Source: Candidatus Komeilibacteria bacterium
Lineage (GTDB): Bacteria; Patescibacteriota; Patescibacteriia; UBA1558; GWA2-36-10
Assembly: GCA_018656065.1 (NCBI GenBank)
Contig: JABHZY010000010.1
Span: 4,638 to 68,637, forward strand
DNA: 64,000 bases
Direction of reading: 5' to 3'
Every line of letters begins with the position of its first letter. Position 1 is the first letter of the stretch. The notes under the pieces are model-generated. The model was not told the origin of the DNA. It made no database searches and was given only the letters and a program-made list of their open reading frames with translations. Positions 29,657-40,743 of this stretch are shown here, piece by piece. A program made the translations under genes and the position numbers.

Positions 29657-29667
29657 GGGCGGTTTTT
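29641..29667. terminator. bidirectional intrinsic terminator (ends islet A on + and the rplA operon on -)
   Basis: A6-CCGCCC-gtaa-GGGCGG-T5. Confidence 0.85.
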
Positions 29668-29677
29668 AAAATAAATT

Positions 29678-30364
29678 TTAGTTTATACTTACTTTAATAC
29701 TGGGTCCCATTGATGAAGAAAGAAAAAGTGACTTAATATAAGTACTCTTCAAACTAGATGGCTTAGCTTTTTTCAAAGAATCTACAAAAGTCTCAAAATT
29801 TTCAATTAACTTAGCTTCATCAAATGATACTTTACCAATAGTCAAATGAACATTAGCAGTACTATCATTTTTATAAGATACTTTACCTTTTTTAAGTTCG
29901 CCAATCATTTTAACTAAATCTGGACCGATAGTACCAGTCTTTGGATTAGGCATTAAACCTTTTTGTCCAAGCACTTTAGCAATCACTGCTAATTTTGGCA
30001 TCATTTCTGGTACAGTCACCGCAATATCAAAATCTGTTTTGCTAGTTTTTTTAATTTCAGCAATTAACTCTTCACTACCAACTAAATCACCACCAGCATC
30101 TTTAGCTTCTTTCATTCTATCTTCTGGTACAAAAGCAGCTATTTTAACAGTCTTACCAGTGCCATGTGGAAGTACCACGGAAGCTCTGATAATTTGATCA
30201 CCTTTCTTTGGATCAATTCCTAATCTAGCATGCACCTCTATAGAAGCATCAAATTTTACTACACTAGTTTCTTTAACTAATTTAATAGCTTCAGCAATTG
30301 GATAAATCTTATCACTTTCGATTTTAGATCTAGCTTCTTTTAATCTTTTACTTACTTTTGACAT
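29678..30364 (-). CDS. rplA: 50S ribosomal protein L1
   Basis: Typical L1 sequence (VEVHARLGIDPKKGDQIIRASVVLPHGTGK). Confidence 0.95.
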   Translation of the reverse strand: MSKVSKRLKEARSKIESDKIYPIAEAIKLVKETSVVKFDASIEVHARLGIDPKKGDQIIRASVVLPHGTGKTVKIAAFVPEDRMKEAKDAGGDLVGSEELIAEIKKTSKTDFDIAVTVPEMMPKLAVIAKVLGQKGLMPNPKTGTIGPDLVKMIGELKKGKVSYKNDSTANVHLTIGKVSFDEAKLIENFETFVDSLKKAKPSSLKSTYIKSLFLSSSMGPSIKVSIN

Positions 30365-30372
30365 AATTATTT

Positions 30373-30421
30373 GTTATTACGAGGTTCAAACGCTCAGCCG
30401 ACTAGCTAAGCTCCCTCAAAA
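30373..30421 (-). promoter_or_regulatory. 49-nt structured leader element, copy 1 (immediately upstream of rplA); candidate L1 autoregulatory site
   Basis: Exact copy of 30859-30907. The RNA AUUUUGAGGGAGCUUAGCUAGUCGGCUGAGCGUUUGAACCUCGUAAUAA folds as GAGG/CCUC outer helix, asymmetric internal loop, and 7-bp helix GCUUAGC/GCUGAGC with a hexaloop. Confidence 0.45.
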
Positions 30422-30424
30422 TAT

Positions 30425-30850
30425 TTATTTTTCCGTTTTAACTCCCATTTGACGAGCAGTACCAGCAATTATCTTTTTTGCTTGTTCTACATCATCAGTA
30501 TTCAAGTCTGGCATTTTAGCTTCAGCAATTTCAGTAAGTTGTGCATCGCTTAATTTAGCAACTTTTTCTTGCAGTGGACTACCAGAACCTTTTTTTAGAT
30601 TTAGCTTTTTCTTAATCATGTCAGATGCCGGAGCAGTCTTGGTCACAAAATCAAAAGAGCGATCTTCATAGATTGTTAATTCTACAGGTACTACTTCACC
30701 CATACGTTCTTTTGTAGCTGCATTAAATTGAGTACAAAAAGCTTGAATATCTAAACCATGGGGTCCTAAAGCTGTACCAACTGGAGGGGCCGGAGTAGCT
30801 TTACCAGCTTGGATTTGCAGCTTAACAATTTGTTTTACTTGTTTTGCCAT
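30425..30850 (-). CDS. rplK: 50S ribosomal protein L11
   Basis: [32 protein letters not shown]. The start was trimmed to the ATG at 30848-30850. Confidence 0.93.
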   Translation of the reverse strand: MAKQVKQIVKLQIQAGKATPAPPVGTALGPHGLDIQAFCTQFNAATKERMGEVVPVELTIYEDRSFDFVTKTAPASDMIKKKLNLKKGSGSPLQEKVAKLSDAQLTEIAEAKMPDLNTDDVEQAKKIIAGTARQMGVKTEK

Positions 30851-30858
30851 ATTATTTA

Positions 30859-30907
30859 TTATTACGAGGTTCAAACGCTCAGCCGACTAGCTAAGCTCCC
30901 TCAAAAT
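30859..30907 (-). promoter_or_regulatory. 49-nt structured leader element, copy 2 (immediately upstream of rplK)
   Basis: 49/49 identical to 30373-30421. Confidence 0.45.
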
Positions 30908-30910
30908 TAT

Positions 30911-31456
30911 TTATGTTTTCTTAATTTGTAAAAAATCTAATTCAACTGGAGTTTCACGACCAAACATAGAGACAAGCACCTTGGCCTTTCCTCTGGCTTC
31001 ATCAACTTCTGAAATCTTACCTTCATATTCTTTAAATGGACCATCGGTAATCTTAACCATTTCACCAACTTCAATATCAACTTTAAATTCTGGCTCTTCA
31101 GCTCCCATTCTTTGCATTAATTGTTTTATTTCTGCTTCAGATACAGGAGTAGGTGTAGTACCAGAACCCACAAAACCAGTTACGTTTGGAGTATTCCTAA
31201 CTACATACCAAGAAGCATCAGTTACTACCATGGATACTAAAACATAGCCTGGAAAAATCTTTTCTTTAACAGTCTTTCTTTTTCCATTTTTAATTTTAAT
31301 CTTAGTCTCGGTTGGAATAATAACATCAAAAATCTTATCTTCCATATCCATAGATTCAATACGTTGTCTCAAATTACGACAAACATTTTCTTCATAACCA
31401 GAATAAGTATGTAATACATACCACCTTCGACCCTGTTGCGCGGTTTGTTTTGGCAT
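30911..31456 (-). CDS. nusG: transcription termination/antitermination factor NusG
   Basis: NGN domain (RWYVLHTYSGYE) plus KOW (GEMVKITDGPFKEYEGKISEVD). Confidence 0.93.
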   Translation of the reverse strand: MPKQTAQQGRRWYVLHTYSGYEENVCRNLRQRIESMDMEDKIFDVIIPTETKIKIKNGKRKTVKEKIFPGYVLVSMVVTDASWYVVRNTPNVTGFVGSGTTPTPVSEAEIKQLMQRMGAEEPEFKVDIEVGEMVKITDGPFKEYEGKISEVDEARGKAKVLVSMFGRETPVELDFLQIKKT

Positions 31457-31472
31457 ATGTTTATAATTAAAA

Positions 31473-31655
31473 TTACTTAATTAAACTTTCTACTACCTTA
31501 GAAAGACCTAAATCAACTACTCCTAAAAAAATAGCTACGGTAATAGAAACACCAATAACCATCAATGTATGATTGATAGTAGTTTGTCTTGTTGGCCATA
31601 CAACTTTAGATAGTTCTTCTTTAGCTCCCTTAAAATAGTTTAGTATTTTGTTCAT
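31473..31655 (-). CDS. secE: preprotein translocase subunit SecE
   Basis: 60 aa, single TM, KVVWPTRQ motif, sits upstream of nusG. Confidence 0.85.
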   Translation of the reverse strand: MNKILNYFKGAKEELSKVVWPTRQTTINHTLMVIGVSITVAIFLGVVDLGLSKVVESLIK

Positions 31656-31710
31656 ATTATCAAAATAAAGGTTTTTTAAAACAGCCCTTGCAGCTGTCTA
31701 TAACGCAATT

Positions 31711-31739
31711 ACTATAGCACAAAAAAATATCTGAGTCAA
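31711..31739 (-). promoter_or_regulatory. promoter of the secE-nusG-rplK-rplA operon
   Basis: Minus strand: TTGACT (31734-31739), 17 nt, TATAGT (31711-31716). Confidence 0.55.
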
Positions 31740-31747
31740 TAGTATAA

Positions 31748-31777
31748 CAAAAAAGCCCTAAATTTAGGGCTTTTTGC
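31748..31777 (-). terminator. intrinsic terminator after the 31792 gene
   Basis: AGCCCTA-aatt-TAGGGCT with flanking A/T runs. Confidence 0.75.
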
Positions 31778-31791
31778 TAACTTTCTTATAA

Positions 31792-32457
31792 TTAATCTGG
31801 AATTACTCCTCCGGGATAACTAAATTTAAAATTATTTATTATTGAATCAATAATATAATGATGCTTTTCCTTAACAGATTCATCTTCAAAATTAAATTCA
31901 AATTCAAATTTATAAATAGTATCTTTTGTTGGTATGTAATACCTTTCAATTATTCCTAGATCATAGCGCCCCTGTTTATATGCTTCCACTCCTGATATTT
32001 TTAGATAGCTATCTTCATACTGATATCCATAAGTATCATTTGCATAATAATTTTCTTTTACGCCCTCTGCATCTAAATTATTCAAATTTTGCTCTTCACT
32101 AACTTTAAGATATCCCTCGTCATTTGCAAATAAGCCGGGCTGCTTATCATTCCAATCAATTGGGTAACTAAAGGAAAACATTCCGCCTGGATTATAATAA
32201 CTACGCCAACCACTAGGTCTTTCTTTTACCTTTTCTTGCTTTTCTATTAACTCTTCTTCTAGCTCTACAATTTTATCATCCAACTTATCAATTTGTACTT
32301 GAGCTTGTGTTTTCACATTACTTGTAGTTTCTTCAACTGCTTTTGTAATTTGTTTTTCTGATTGATCTTGAAGCACAACATAAGTACCACCAGCCGCCAA
32401 ACCAGCTGTAATTATTATTAGCAAAATAATACCTATAAAACCATCTTGTTTTTTCAT
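31792..32457 (-). CDS. hypothetical N-terminally anchored protein
   Basis: N-terminal TM helix, coiled-coil stretch, Tyr/Glu-rich C-terminal domain. No family recognised. Confidence 0.55.
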   Translation of the reverse strand: MKKQDGFIGIILLIIITAGLAAGGTYVVLQDQSEKQITKAVEETTSNVKTQAQVQIDKLDDKIVELEEELIEKQEKVKERPSGWRSYYNPGGMFSFSYPIDWNDKQPGLFANDEGYLKVSEEQNLNNLDAEGVKENYYANDTYGYQYEDSYLKISGVEAYKQGRYDLGIIERYYIPTKDTIYKFEFEFNFEDESVKEKHHYIIDSIINNFKFSYPGGVIPD

Positions 32458-32510
32458 ATTTTTATTTTAGTATTTAATAAAGCCATTATAACATATAATG
32501 GCTTTTATTT

Positions 32511-34568
<2,058 letters not shown>

Positions 34569-34618
34569 TTAGTACTTTTTAATATGAAATTATGTCTTTA
34601 TTTTATCATAAAATAAGC

Positions 34619-34648
34619 AAAAAAACAACCAATTTTGGCTGTTTTTTT
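34619..34648 (-). terminator. intrinsic terminator downstream of the pheST/insertion transcription unit
   Basis: Minus-strand RNA ACAGCC-aaaauu-GGUUGU followed by a U-run. Confidence 0.6.
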
Positions 34649-34668
34649 ATATAAATATTTTAGCTAGT

Positions 34669-34715
34669 ATTAGCGTAAAACTGCCTCAAATTTTTTCTGT
34701 AAAATTACCAAAATA
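34669..34715 (-). repeat. displaced copy of the pheT 3' end (direct repeat 1 of 2)
   Basis: 34669-34707 is identical to 36745-36783 (39/39). A further 6 of the next 7-8 nt also match. It still reads as a pheT-like C-terminus: ...ILVILQKKFEAVLR-stop. Confidence 0.9.
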
Positions 34716-34727
34716 TCCTCTAGCAAC

Positions 34728-35486
34728 CTATTTACATTTTCTAAAAAAATTTCTAATAAAATTAGGCGTGTTTAAGACAAATTCAAAGCCCGCTTTCAAT
34801 GTCCCTAAAGGATCTGGTTTTAAATTTTCATTCCATACTACCCGCCATTCAGAAGCTTCTGGATTTTTAAGATGCCCAACTTCATGCCTAGCTATATTAT
34901 TTGTAGTCCTTTCTGAAAAACCATCAGCAACATATGCAATTTTTTTATCCATTTGAGCTCTACCTGGACCATAAAGAGGTCCTGGCCATTTTTTTTTATC
35001 TATATATACTACACGAGCTTTTTCATCATCACTCAAATCTTCTTCTCCTAATCTAGTAATAGATTCTAAATGTTCATTATCTCTTCTATCCTCAATTAAT
35101 TGTTCTATCAAACTCGCTTCGTCTAATTCACTGTGTAAACTAAAAAAGTCTGTCATAGACTTAAATTCTGTAAATCCCATACCCCTATCAGTAAACGAAC
35201 CTCTAGGACTTACAAAATCTTCAATCATCGTATATCTCTTAGCGGGCCACCCAACCCCCTCTCTAGCCTCTTCAATAACCGAGGAAGGTGCCTCAGAAAC
35301 ATTTCCATCATCTAAACTATCTATGGTATCCCTAACTTTTTCTAGTCTTAACTCAGTTTCTTTTTCTTGTTCAATCTCTATTTCAGGCGACACACTTAAA
35401 ACATCAGCTTGCTCAATATTTTGAATGGGCTGTTCTGCCTTTTCCGGCTCTATGGGTACTTGATTTTCAAAATTATCTTCAAACAT
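34728..35486 (-). CDS. hypothetical acidic protein with an HEXXH zinc-metallopeptidase-like motif
   Basis: NIARHEVGHL near the C-terminus; acidic, disordered N-terminus. Confidence 0.55.
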   Translation of the reverse strand: MFEDNFENQVPIEPEKAEQPIQNIEQADVLSVSPEIEIEQEKETELRLEKVRDTIDSLDDGNVSEAPSSVIEEAREGVGWPAKRYTMIEDFVSPRGSFTDRGMGFTEFKSMTDFFSLHSELDEASLIEQLIEDRRDNEHLESITRLGEEDLSDDEKARVVYIDKKKWPGPLYGPGRAQMDKKIAYVADGFSERTTNNIARHEVGHLKNPEASEWRVVWNENLKPDPLGTLKAGFEFVLNTPNFIRNFFRKCK

Positions 35487-35503
35487 GCATAAATAAAATT
35501 TAC

Positions 35504-36175
35504 CTACATTTCATCAATGACATTTCGAACCTCTTCTAAACGCGCCTCTGTGGCAACCTGATCCTGTGCTTCTAAGACCTCAGCTAGTTCTTGATCCGCT
35601 CCCCCTTTAGCGAATTCGATTTTTGCTGGCCGAGAATACTCAAAACTTTGACCATAATCACCAACTTGAGGCTCTCTGTTTTCAGCTGGTTGCCGAGGGT
35701 CTAAATCATTACCATGAGTTTCCTGATTTAATTCAACGTCTTCTAAATCTGTGCCTATTTCTTCAATATCTGCCCTAGGACTTTCCAGATGTTGTTCACC
35801 CTCTCTAACTTCATCTTTTGAATCTAAAAACTCAGAATCTGTGCCTATTTCTTCAATATCTGCCCTAGGACTTTCCAGATGTTGTTCACCCTCTCTAACT
35901 TCATCTTTTGAATCTAAAAACTCATAAGAGGTGACTGCCCTATCTCTCATGTCTCTAAGTTTTTCTCTAGCTTCCTCAGGAGAAAGGCCATCTAGCTCTC
36001 TTTTGAGCTTTTCATATTTTTCGTCTGATTTATCAGAAATAATTGTTCTGTCCCTTACGTCTCCAAGCCTTCTTCTCTCAGCTTCATCACTTCTTTCTTT
36101 TTCACGCCTTGCTTCAGATCTATCTCCTATAAATTCAGGTGTTGCCCCTAATTCAAATCCACGTCCAAATCCCAT
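35504..36175 (-). CDS. hypothetical highly charged protein with a 2 x 30-aa tandem repeat
   Basis: EFLDSKDEVREGEQHLESPRADIEEIGTDS occurs twice. Its end (LEEVRNVIDEM) resembles LEKVRDTIDSL in the adjacent gene. Confidence 0.55.
   Translation of the reverse strand: MGFGRGFELGATPEFIGDRSEARREKERSDEAERRRLGDVRDRTIISDKSDEKYEKLKRELDGLSPEEAREKLRDMRDRAVTSYEFLDSKDEVREGEQHLESPRADIEEIGTDSEFLDSKDEVREGEQHLESPRADIEEIGTDLEDVELNQETHGNDLDPRQPAENREPQVGDYGQSFEYSRPAKIEFAKGGADQELAEVLEAQDQVATEARLEEVRNVIDEM
35746..35925. repeat. 2 x 90-bp tandem repeat (89/90 identical)
   Basis: 35746-35835 versus 35836-35925. Confidence 0.95.
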
Positions 36176-36179
36176 ATAT

Positions 36180-36737
36180 TTATAAATTTAATATTTTATC
36201 TTGATATATATAAATAATTTGTGTCTGGCCTATTCGTTGTATGGCCTCACTATTATCGGGATAAGTATGTCCGTGTAAAAAATATTTAGGTTGATTTTTT
36301 TCAATGTATTTTTTTAAAGCTACTAGCCCCGTGTGCGTAGGATCGCCTGGTTCGTCATTTATACCATAAGGAGGACTATGTGCTAATAAAACATCTACTT
36401 TGGGAAAATCTTCTAGCAAGCGACTAGCTTCATCCTGTGTATACATGATTGCATTACTATTTTTATATTTTAGTGAACCTTCAAAACCACCAAAAGTAAT
36501 TCCTTGAAACTCCCAAGTTTGTAAATGCATATTCTTAATACCTAGACTCTCAAAATACTTACCTGAGCAATGATTACCATAGACGCCTATCTTAGGAATA
36601 TCATTTATATCTTTTAATTCTTTAAGATCAAAAAAATCCAAATCACCTAATGTAATAATTAAATCTACTGAATCAGAAGACAGTATTTTATTTATACTTT
36701 GTTTTGGTGGTCTGTCAGCGATTGCTAAAATTTTCAT
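36180..36737 (-). CDS. calcineurin-like metallophosphoesterase (YfcE/MJ0936-like)
   Basis: MKILAIAD..., GDL.D, GNHC, AHSPP, HGHTY motifs. Confidence 0.75.
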   Translation of the reverse strand: MKILAIADRPPKQSINKILSSDSVDLIITLGDLDFFDLKELKDINDIPKIGVYGNHCSGKYFESLGIKNMHLQTWEFQGITFGGFEGSLKYKNSNAIMYTQDEASRLLEDFPKVDVLLAHSPPYGINDEPGDPTHTGLVALKKYIEKNQPKYFLHGHTYPDNSEAIQRIGQTQIIYIYQDKILNL

Positions 36738-36744
36738 AAATTTA

Positions 36745-36791
36745 ATTAGCGTAAAACTGCCTCAAATTTTTTCTGTAAAATTAGCAAAATG
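36745..36791 (-). repeat. functional pheT 3' end (direct repeat 2 of 2)
   Basis: See 34669-34715; the two copies are offset by 2076 bp. Confidence 0.9.
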
Positions 36792-39175
36792 TCATCCATT
36801 AATTTATCAACATCTTCTGCTAATAAAGTACGATCATTTGATCTAAATTCGAGATGCCAAGCAATAGATTTTTGACCTTCTTCAATACCTTTTCCAGAAA
36901 ATACATCAAATGGCTCTAAATGACGGATCAATGGTGATATTTTAACTATCTCAGCCTCTAAATCAGCCCATTTAAGGCCTTTGTCCACTACTACGGCCAT
37001 ATCTCTATAAACTGCTGGAAATTTAGCTAAAGTGGCATATTTTTTGACTTTATTAATATATTTGAGAAACAGGGTAAAATTAATCTGCCAAAAGGCTACA
37101 TTAACCTTATTATCGCCGCTATCAAACAAATCATCTTCTAATAAACCAAATTGACCTAAGTTAATATCCTTATACTTTATATCATAAACTATTGAAGCAT
37201 AGGCAAGGTCTGATTCTTCAAAATCTAATTCTACATTGAGATGTTCCATTAAAGCACCAAGCATTCCCTTAGTTGATAAAAACAATTCTTCTTTATTTTT
37301 CTTGCTAACCTCAACGCCCACTAAATATTTATCCTGCTTTGGTAAAAATTTCTTTCTAGTATTATCCGTCTGATAAGTGCCTTTACTAATTTTATCAAAA
37401 GTACGTTCTAGCTCATACATTTTAAATTCATCATACCAACGCATATTCTCTTCTGCTCTAGCTAATAAATTTGGCAACAGAGAAATATTTAAATACACTT
37501 GCTCAGGACTAAGAGCATTTTTTACTCTCAAATGATTATTTAATTCTAGACCTAATTTTTTAGCCCAGGCTTGATTAGTAAATGGATAATTATAAATCTC
37601 ATAATATTTTTGAGATAAACTCAACCACCTTCTGATATCTTTAGCAGCCAAATAATCTAAATTAACAATGGGACTATCAATATTTACTTTTGGTAACTCA
37701 AACTTAATATTGTCATAACCATAAATCCTAGCTACTTCCTCTACTATATCTTCGGGAATTGAAATGTCTTTTGTGGCTCTAAAACTTGGTACGCCAATAG
37801 TAAAAGTTTTAGCTTTATATTTTAAATCAAATTGTAATCTATGAAGAGTATCTTTAATTTCGGCCGTAGGAATAGTTAAGCCAAAACGATTATTAATTAA
37901 TTCTTCTGACACCTCCAAAGTAATTGGCTTGAATGGATTATTATCTATATCCACTAGATTACTAGCGATATAAGCATCTGGACATAATTCTAATATCAAC
38001 TCCGCTGCTCGCCTAATAGCCATGCCAGCCATTACTGGGTCAAGAGATTTTTCAAAACGAGCTGAGCTTTCAGAGCGTAATCCCACAGCTGTAGCTGTGC
38101 GTCTAACACTAGCTGCTCGAAAACTAGCTGATTCTAAAATAACTTCCGATGTATCTATGCTAATTTCACTATTTTGACCACCCATTACACCAGCTAAAGC
38201 TACATATTTCTTAGCATCAGCAATCATTAAAGCGCCTTCGGGTAATTTTCTATTTTCTCCATCTAAAGTAACAAATTTTTCTCCTTTACCTGCTTGTTTC
38301 ACTTTAATATGAGCACCTTCTATATGTGTAGCATCAAAAGCATGCATTGGCTGACCTAATTCGTACATTACATAATTAGTCACATCTACAATATTATTAA
38401 TAGGTCTAATTCCAACTGCTTCTAATCTTTTCTTCAACCACCAAGGAGAATCCTCTACCTTAATATTTTTAATAGCTAAACCAAGATAACGAAAACAATT
38501 ATCTTTATCTTCGACTGTTACTTTTAACTTAGTTTCATTTTTTCCTTTTAATTCAAAATTTGGATAATCTTTTAACTTCAACTTATAAATAGCTGCCAAT
38601 TCACGAGCTAAGCCATATTGACCCCAAAGATCAGGACGATGATTAATGGATTTATTATCAATATCGATAATAGTATCATTCAATTCTAAAGCTTCGGCTA
38701 ATTCATCGCCTACTTTTAATTTCATAGCTGATAAATCGAGAATTTCTTTATCAGACTTTTGAGGAAATAAATTTTCTAAGCCAATTTCTTCAGCAGCTGC
38801 TATCATGCCATTAGACTCTACACCTCTAATTTTAGTCTTGGCCATAGTTACTAGATCACCTTCGCCGTGCCATTTAACACGAGAACCAACCTTAGCAACA
38901 GCTACTAACATGCCTTTACTAAGATTTGTGCCGCCACAAACTATTTGTTCTATTTTCTCTCCAACATCAACTTGGCAGACCTGCAATCTATCAGCGTCTG
39001 GATGTTTAGTTACTTCACTAACTTTAGCAACTACTATATCTTTGAGATTAGCGGATCGCTCAATTACCTCTTCTACTTCTACTATAGCCATAGTAAAATC
39101 TAAAGCCAATTGCTTTGTTTCCAAATCTTTTGGTAATTTTATCCAATCTTTAGCCCAATCAAGTGATAAATACAT
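36746..39175 (-). CDS. pheT: phenylalanine--tRNA ligase beta subunit
   Basis: 809 aa. N-terminal tRNA-binding domain, B3/4, B5 and FDX-ACB regions. 1-nt gap from pheS. Confidence 0.93.
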   Translation of the reverse strand: MYLSLDWAKDWIKLPKDLETKQLALDFTMAIVEVEEVIERSANLKDIVVAKVSEVTKHPDADRLQVCQVDVGEKIEQIVCGGTNLSKGMLVAVAKVGSRVKWHGEGDLVTMAKTKIRGVESNGMIAAAEEIGLENLFPQKSDKEILDLSAMKLKVGDELAEALELNDTIIDIDNKSINHRPDLWGQYGLARELAAIYKLKLKDYPNFELKGKNETKLKVTVEDKDNCFRYLGLAIKNIKVEDSPWWLKKRLEAVGIRPINNIVDVTNYVMYELGQPMHAFDATHIEGAHIKVKQAGKGEKFVTLDGENRKLPEGALMIADAKKYVALAGVMGGQNSEISIDTSEVILESASFRAASVRRTATAVGLRSESSARFEKSLDPVMAGMAIRRAAELILELCPDAYIASNLVDIDNNPFKPITLEVSEELINNRFGLTIPTAEIKDTLHRLQFDLKYKAKTFTIGVPSFRATKDISIPEDIVEEVARIYGYDNIKFELPKVNIDSPIVNLDYLAAKDIRRWLSLSQKYYEIYNYPFTNQAWAKKLGLELNNHLRVKNALSPEQVYLNISLLPNLLARAEENMRWYDEFKMYELERTFDKISKGTYQTDNTRKKFLPKQDKYLVGVEVSKKNKEELFLSTKGMLGALMEHLNVELDFEESDLAYASIVYDIKYKDINLGQFGLLEDDLFDSGDNKVNVAFWQINFTLFLKYINKVKKYATLAKFPAVYRDMAVVVDKGLKWADLEAEIVKISPLIRHLEPFDVFSGKGIEEGQKSIAWHLEFRSNDRTLLAEDVDKLMDDILLILQKKFEAVLR

Positions 39176-39176
39176 A

Positions 39177-40187
39177 TTAAAATTGTTTTAAAAATCTAAG
39201 ATCGCCTGATTGAAGTAATCTAATATCATCAATCTTATAACGCATCATAACTAATCTAGTAAACCCTAAACCAAAGGCAAAGCCAGAATATTCTTTTGGA
39301 TCAAGGTTAGCTGCTTTAATTACTTCTGGATGTACTAAGCCGCAAGGCATTAATTCTACCCAACCAGACTGACTACAAACAGAACAGCCTTTGCCATCAC
39401 AAATAAGACACTTAATATCTAATTCAAAACCAGGTTCTACAAATGGAAAAAAGCCAGGTCTCAATCTAACGTCTACTTCAGTATTAAAAAATGTAGACAA
39501 AAATGATTTCATAACTGCAATTAAATTGCCAATATTAATATCTTTATCAACCATTAAACCTTCCAGTTGATAGAAAGTATGATCATGACTAGCGTCTGTA
39601 GCTTCATTTCTAAATACACGTCCTGGAAATATACCTCTAAACGGTGGTCCATATTTTTCTAACATTCGTACTTGAAGATTTGAAGTCTGTGATCTTAATA
39701 ATAATCCTTGCTCCAACCAAAAAGTATCTTGAGAATCTCTAGCCGGATGATCTTCTGGAGTATTTAAAGCTGTAAAATTATAATATTCAGATTCTACTTG
39801 CGGACCATCATAAACTCCAAAGCCCATTTGTGCAAAAATATCTTCTATTTCATATTGAACAATTGTAGAAGGATGAAGATGCCCGGTTTCTTCTCTAATT
39901 CCAGGCATAGTCGGATCAAAATTCATTCCGCCACCAGATTGTTTATTCTTTATTATTCGTTCTGTCTTAGAAAAAATAACCGCTAATTCATTTTTTACTT
40001 CATTAGCTAATTTACCAATCTTTGGTTTTTCTTCAACTGCTAAATCTTTTACTTCTTTTAGCACATTAGTAAGTTCACCTTTACGTCCTAAATATTTAGT
40101 TTTTAAATCTGACAAAAGCTTAGAGTCTTTAGCCTCCTCTACTTCTCTTAAAAACTGCTCTTTAAGATCTTTTAATTTCTTTTCCAT
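39177..40187 (-). CDS. pheS: phenylalanine--tRNA ligase alpha subunit
   Basis: [41 protein letters not shown]. Confidence 0.95.
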   Translation of the reverse strand: MEKKLKDLKEQFLREVEEAKDSKLLSDLKTKYLGRKGELTNVLKEVKDLAVEEKPKIGKLANEVKNELAVIFSKTERIIKNKQSGGGMNFDPTMPGIREETGHLHPSTIVQYEIEDIFAQMGFGVYDGPQVESEYYNFTALNTPEDHPARDSQDTFWLEQGLLLRSQTSNLQVRMLEKYGPPFRGIFPGRVFRNEATDASHDHTFYQLEGLMVDKDINIGNLIAVMKSFLSTFFNTEVDVRLRPGFFPFVEPGFELDIKCLICDGKGCSVCSQSGWVELMPCGLVHPEVIKAANLDPKEYSGFAFGLGFTRLVMMRYKIDDIRLLQSGDLRFLKQF

Positions 40188-40191
40188 ATAA

Positions 40192-40593
40192 TTAATTTTT
40201 TACTCGCTCATCATTTTGACGAAAAACTAATATCACAAACTCTACTACGGTAGCTAATATAATCAACAAAGCCATATTCCACCAAGTAAGTATCCTAGCT
40301 GCTTGAAGCATCAAAGCCAAGATAAGTACTGCGGAAAATATAATAGCCTGACGAAAAGATTCTATGGCCATTATTCTTGGCCTACCTCTTTTTTTATTAA
40401 AAAGACTACGTGATAAAAATCCTAATAAAGAAAGAGTGCCTAAAATGCTCAAAAATAGAATACTGTAAAACATAGCATAAACTAACCAAGAGCCTTCTGT
40501 AGGGTCAAAACTTCGAATAATTATAAAAAAGCCAAACCACGCTAATGCAGTGGCCAGTAACATTATTAGATTATAGCTTCTGATACTCATCAA
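40192..40593 (-). CDS. hypothetical integral membrane protein
   Basis: 133 aa, four predicted TM helices. Confidence 0.55.
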   Translation of the reverse strand: MMSIRSYNLIMLLATALAWFGFFIIIRSFDPTEGSWLVYAMFYSILFLSILGTLSLLGFLSRSLFNKKRGRPRIMAIESFRQAIIFSAVLILALMLQAARILTWWNMALLIILATVVEFVILVFRQNDERVKN

Positions 40594-40690
40594 TATAAAT
40601 AATACTAAAAAAAGGCCGAAAAATCAACCTCTACCCGTTCGCAGTCTATACTGCTCCGAACCTACGGCAAAATACTTTTAGAAAGGGACG

Positions 40691-40717
40691 AAGCTGCGCT
40701 GTTGCAGCGCAGCTTCA
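40691..40717 (-). terminator. 11-bp GC-rich hairpin in the 3' region of islet B (terminator-like, no adjacent U-run)
   Basis: GAAGCTGCGCT-gttgc-AGCGCAGCTTC. A further structured GC-rich stretch ends in a U7 run at about 40611-40617. Confidence 0.4.
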
Positions 40718-40743
40718 CCACGCATCACGAAATGTACCAGAGG

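Noticed and set aside
40611-40680. tRNA-like impression (GGTTCGGAGC resembling a T-arm) in the 3' region of islet B
   Set aside because: No acceptor stem, anticodon arm or GTTCRANYC consensus could be built. It is more likely part of a 3' UTR or terminator structure.
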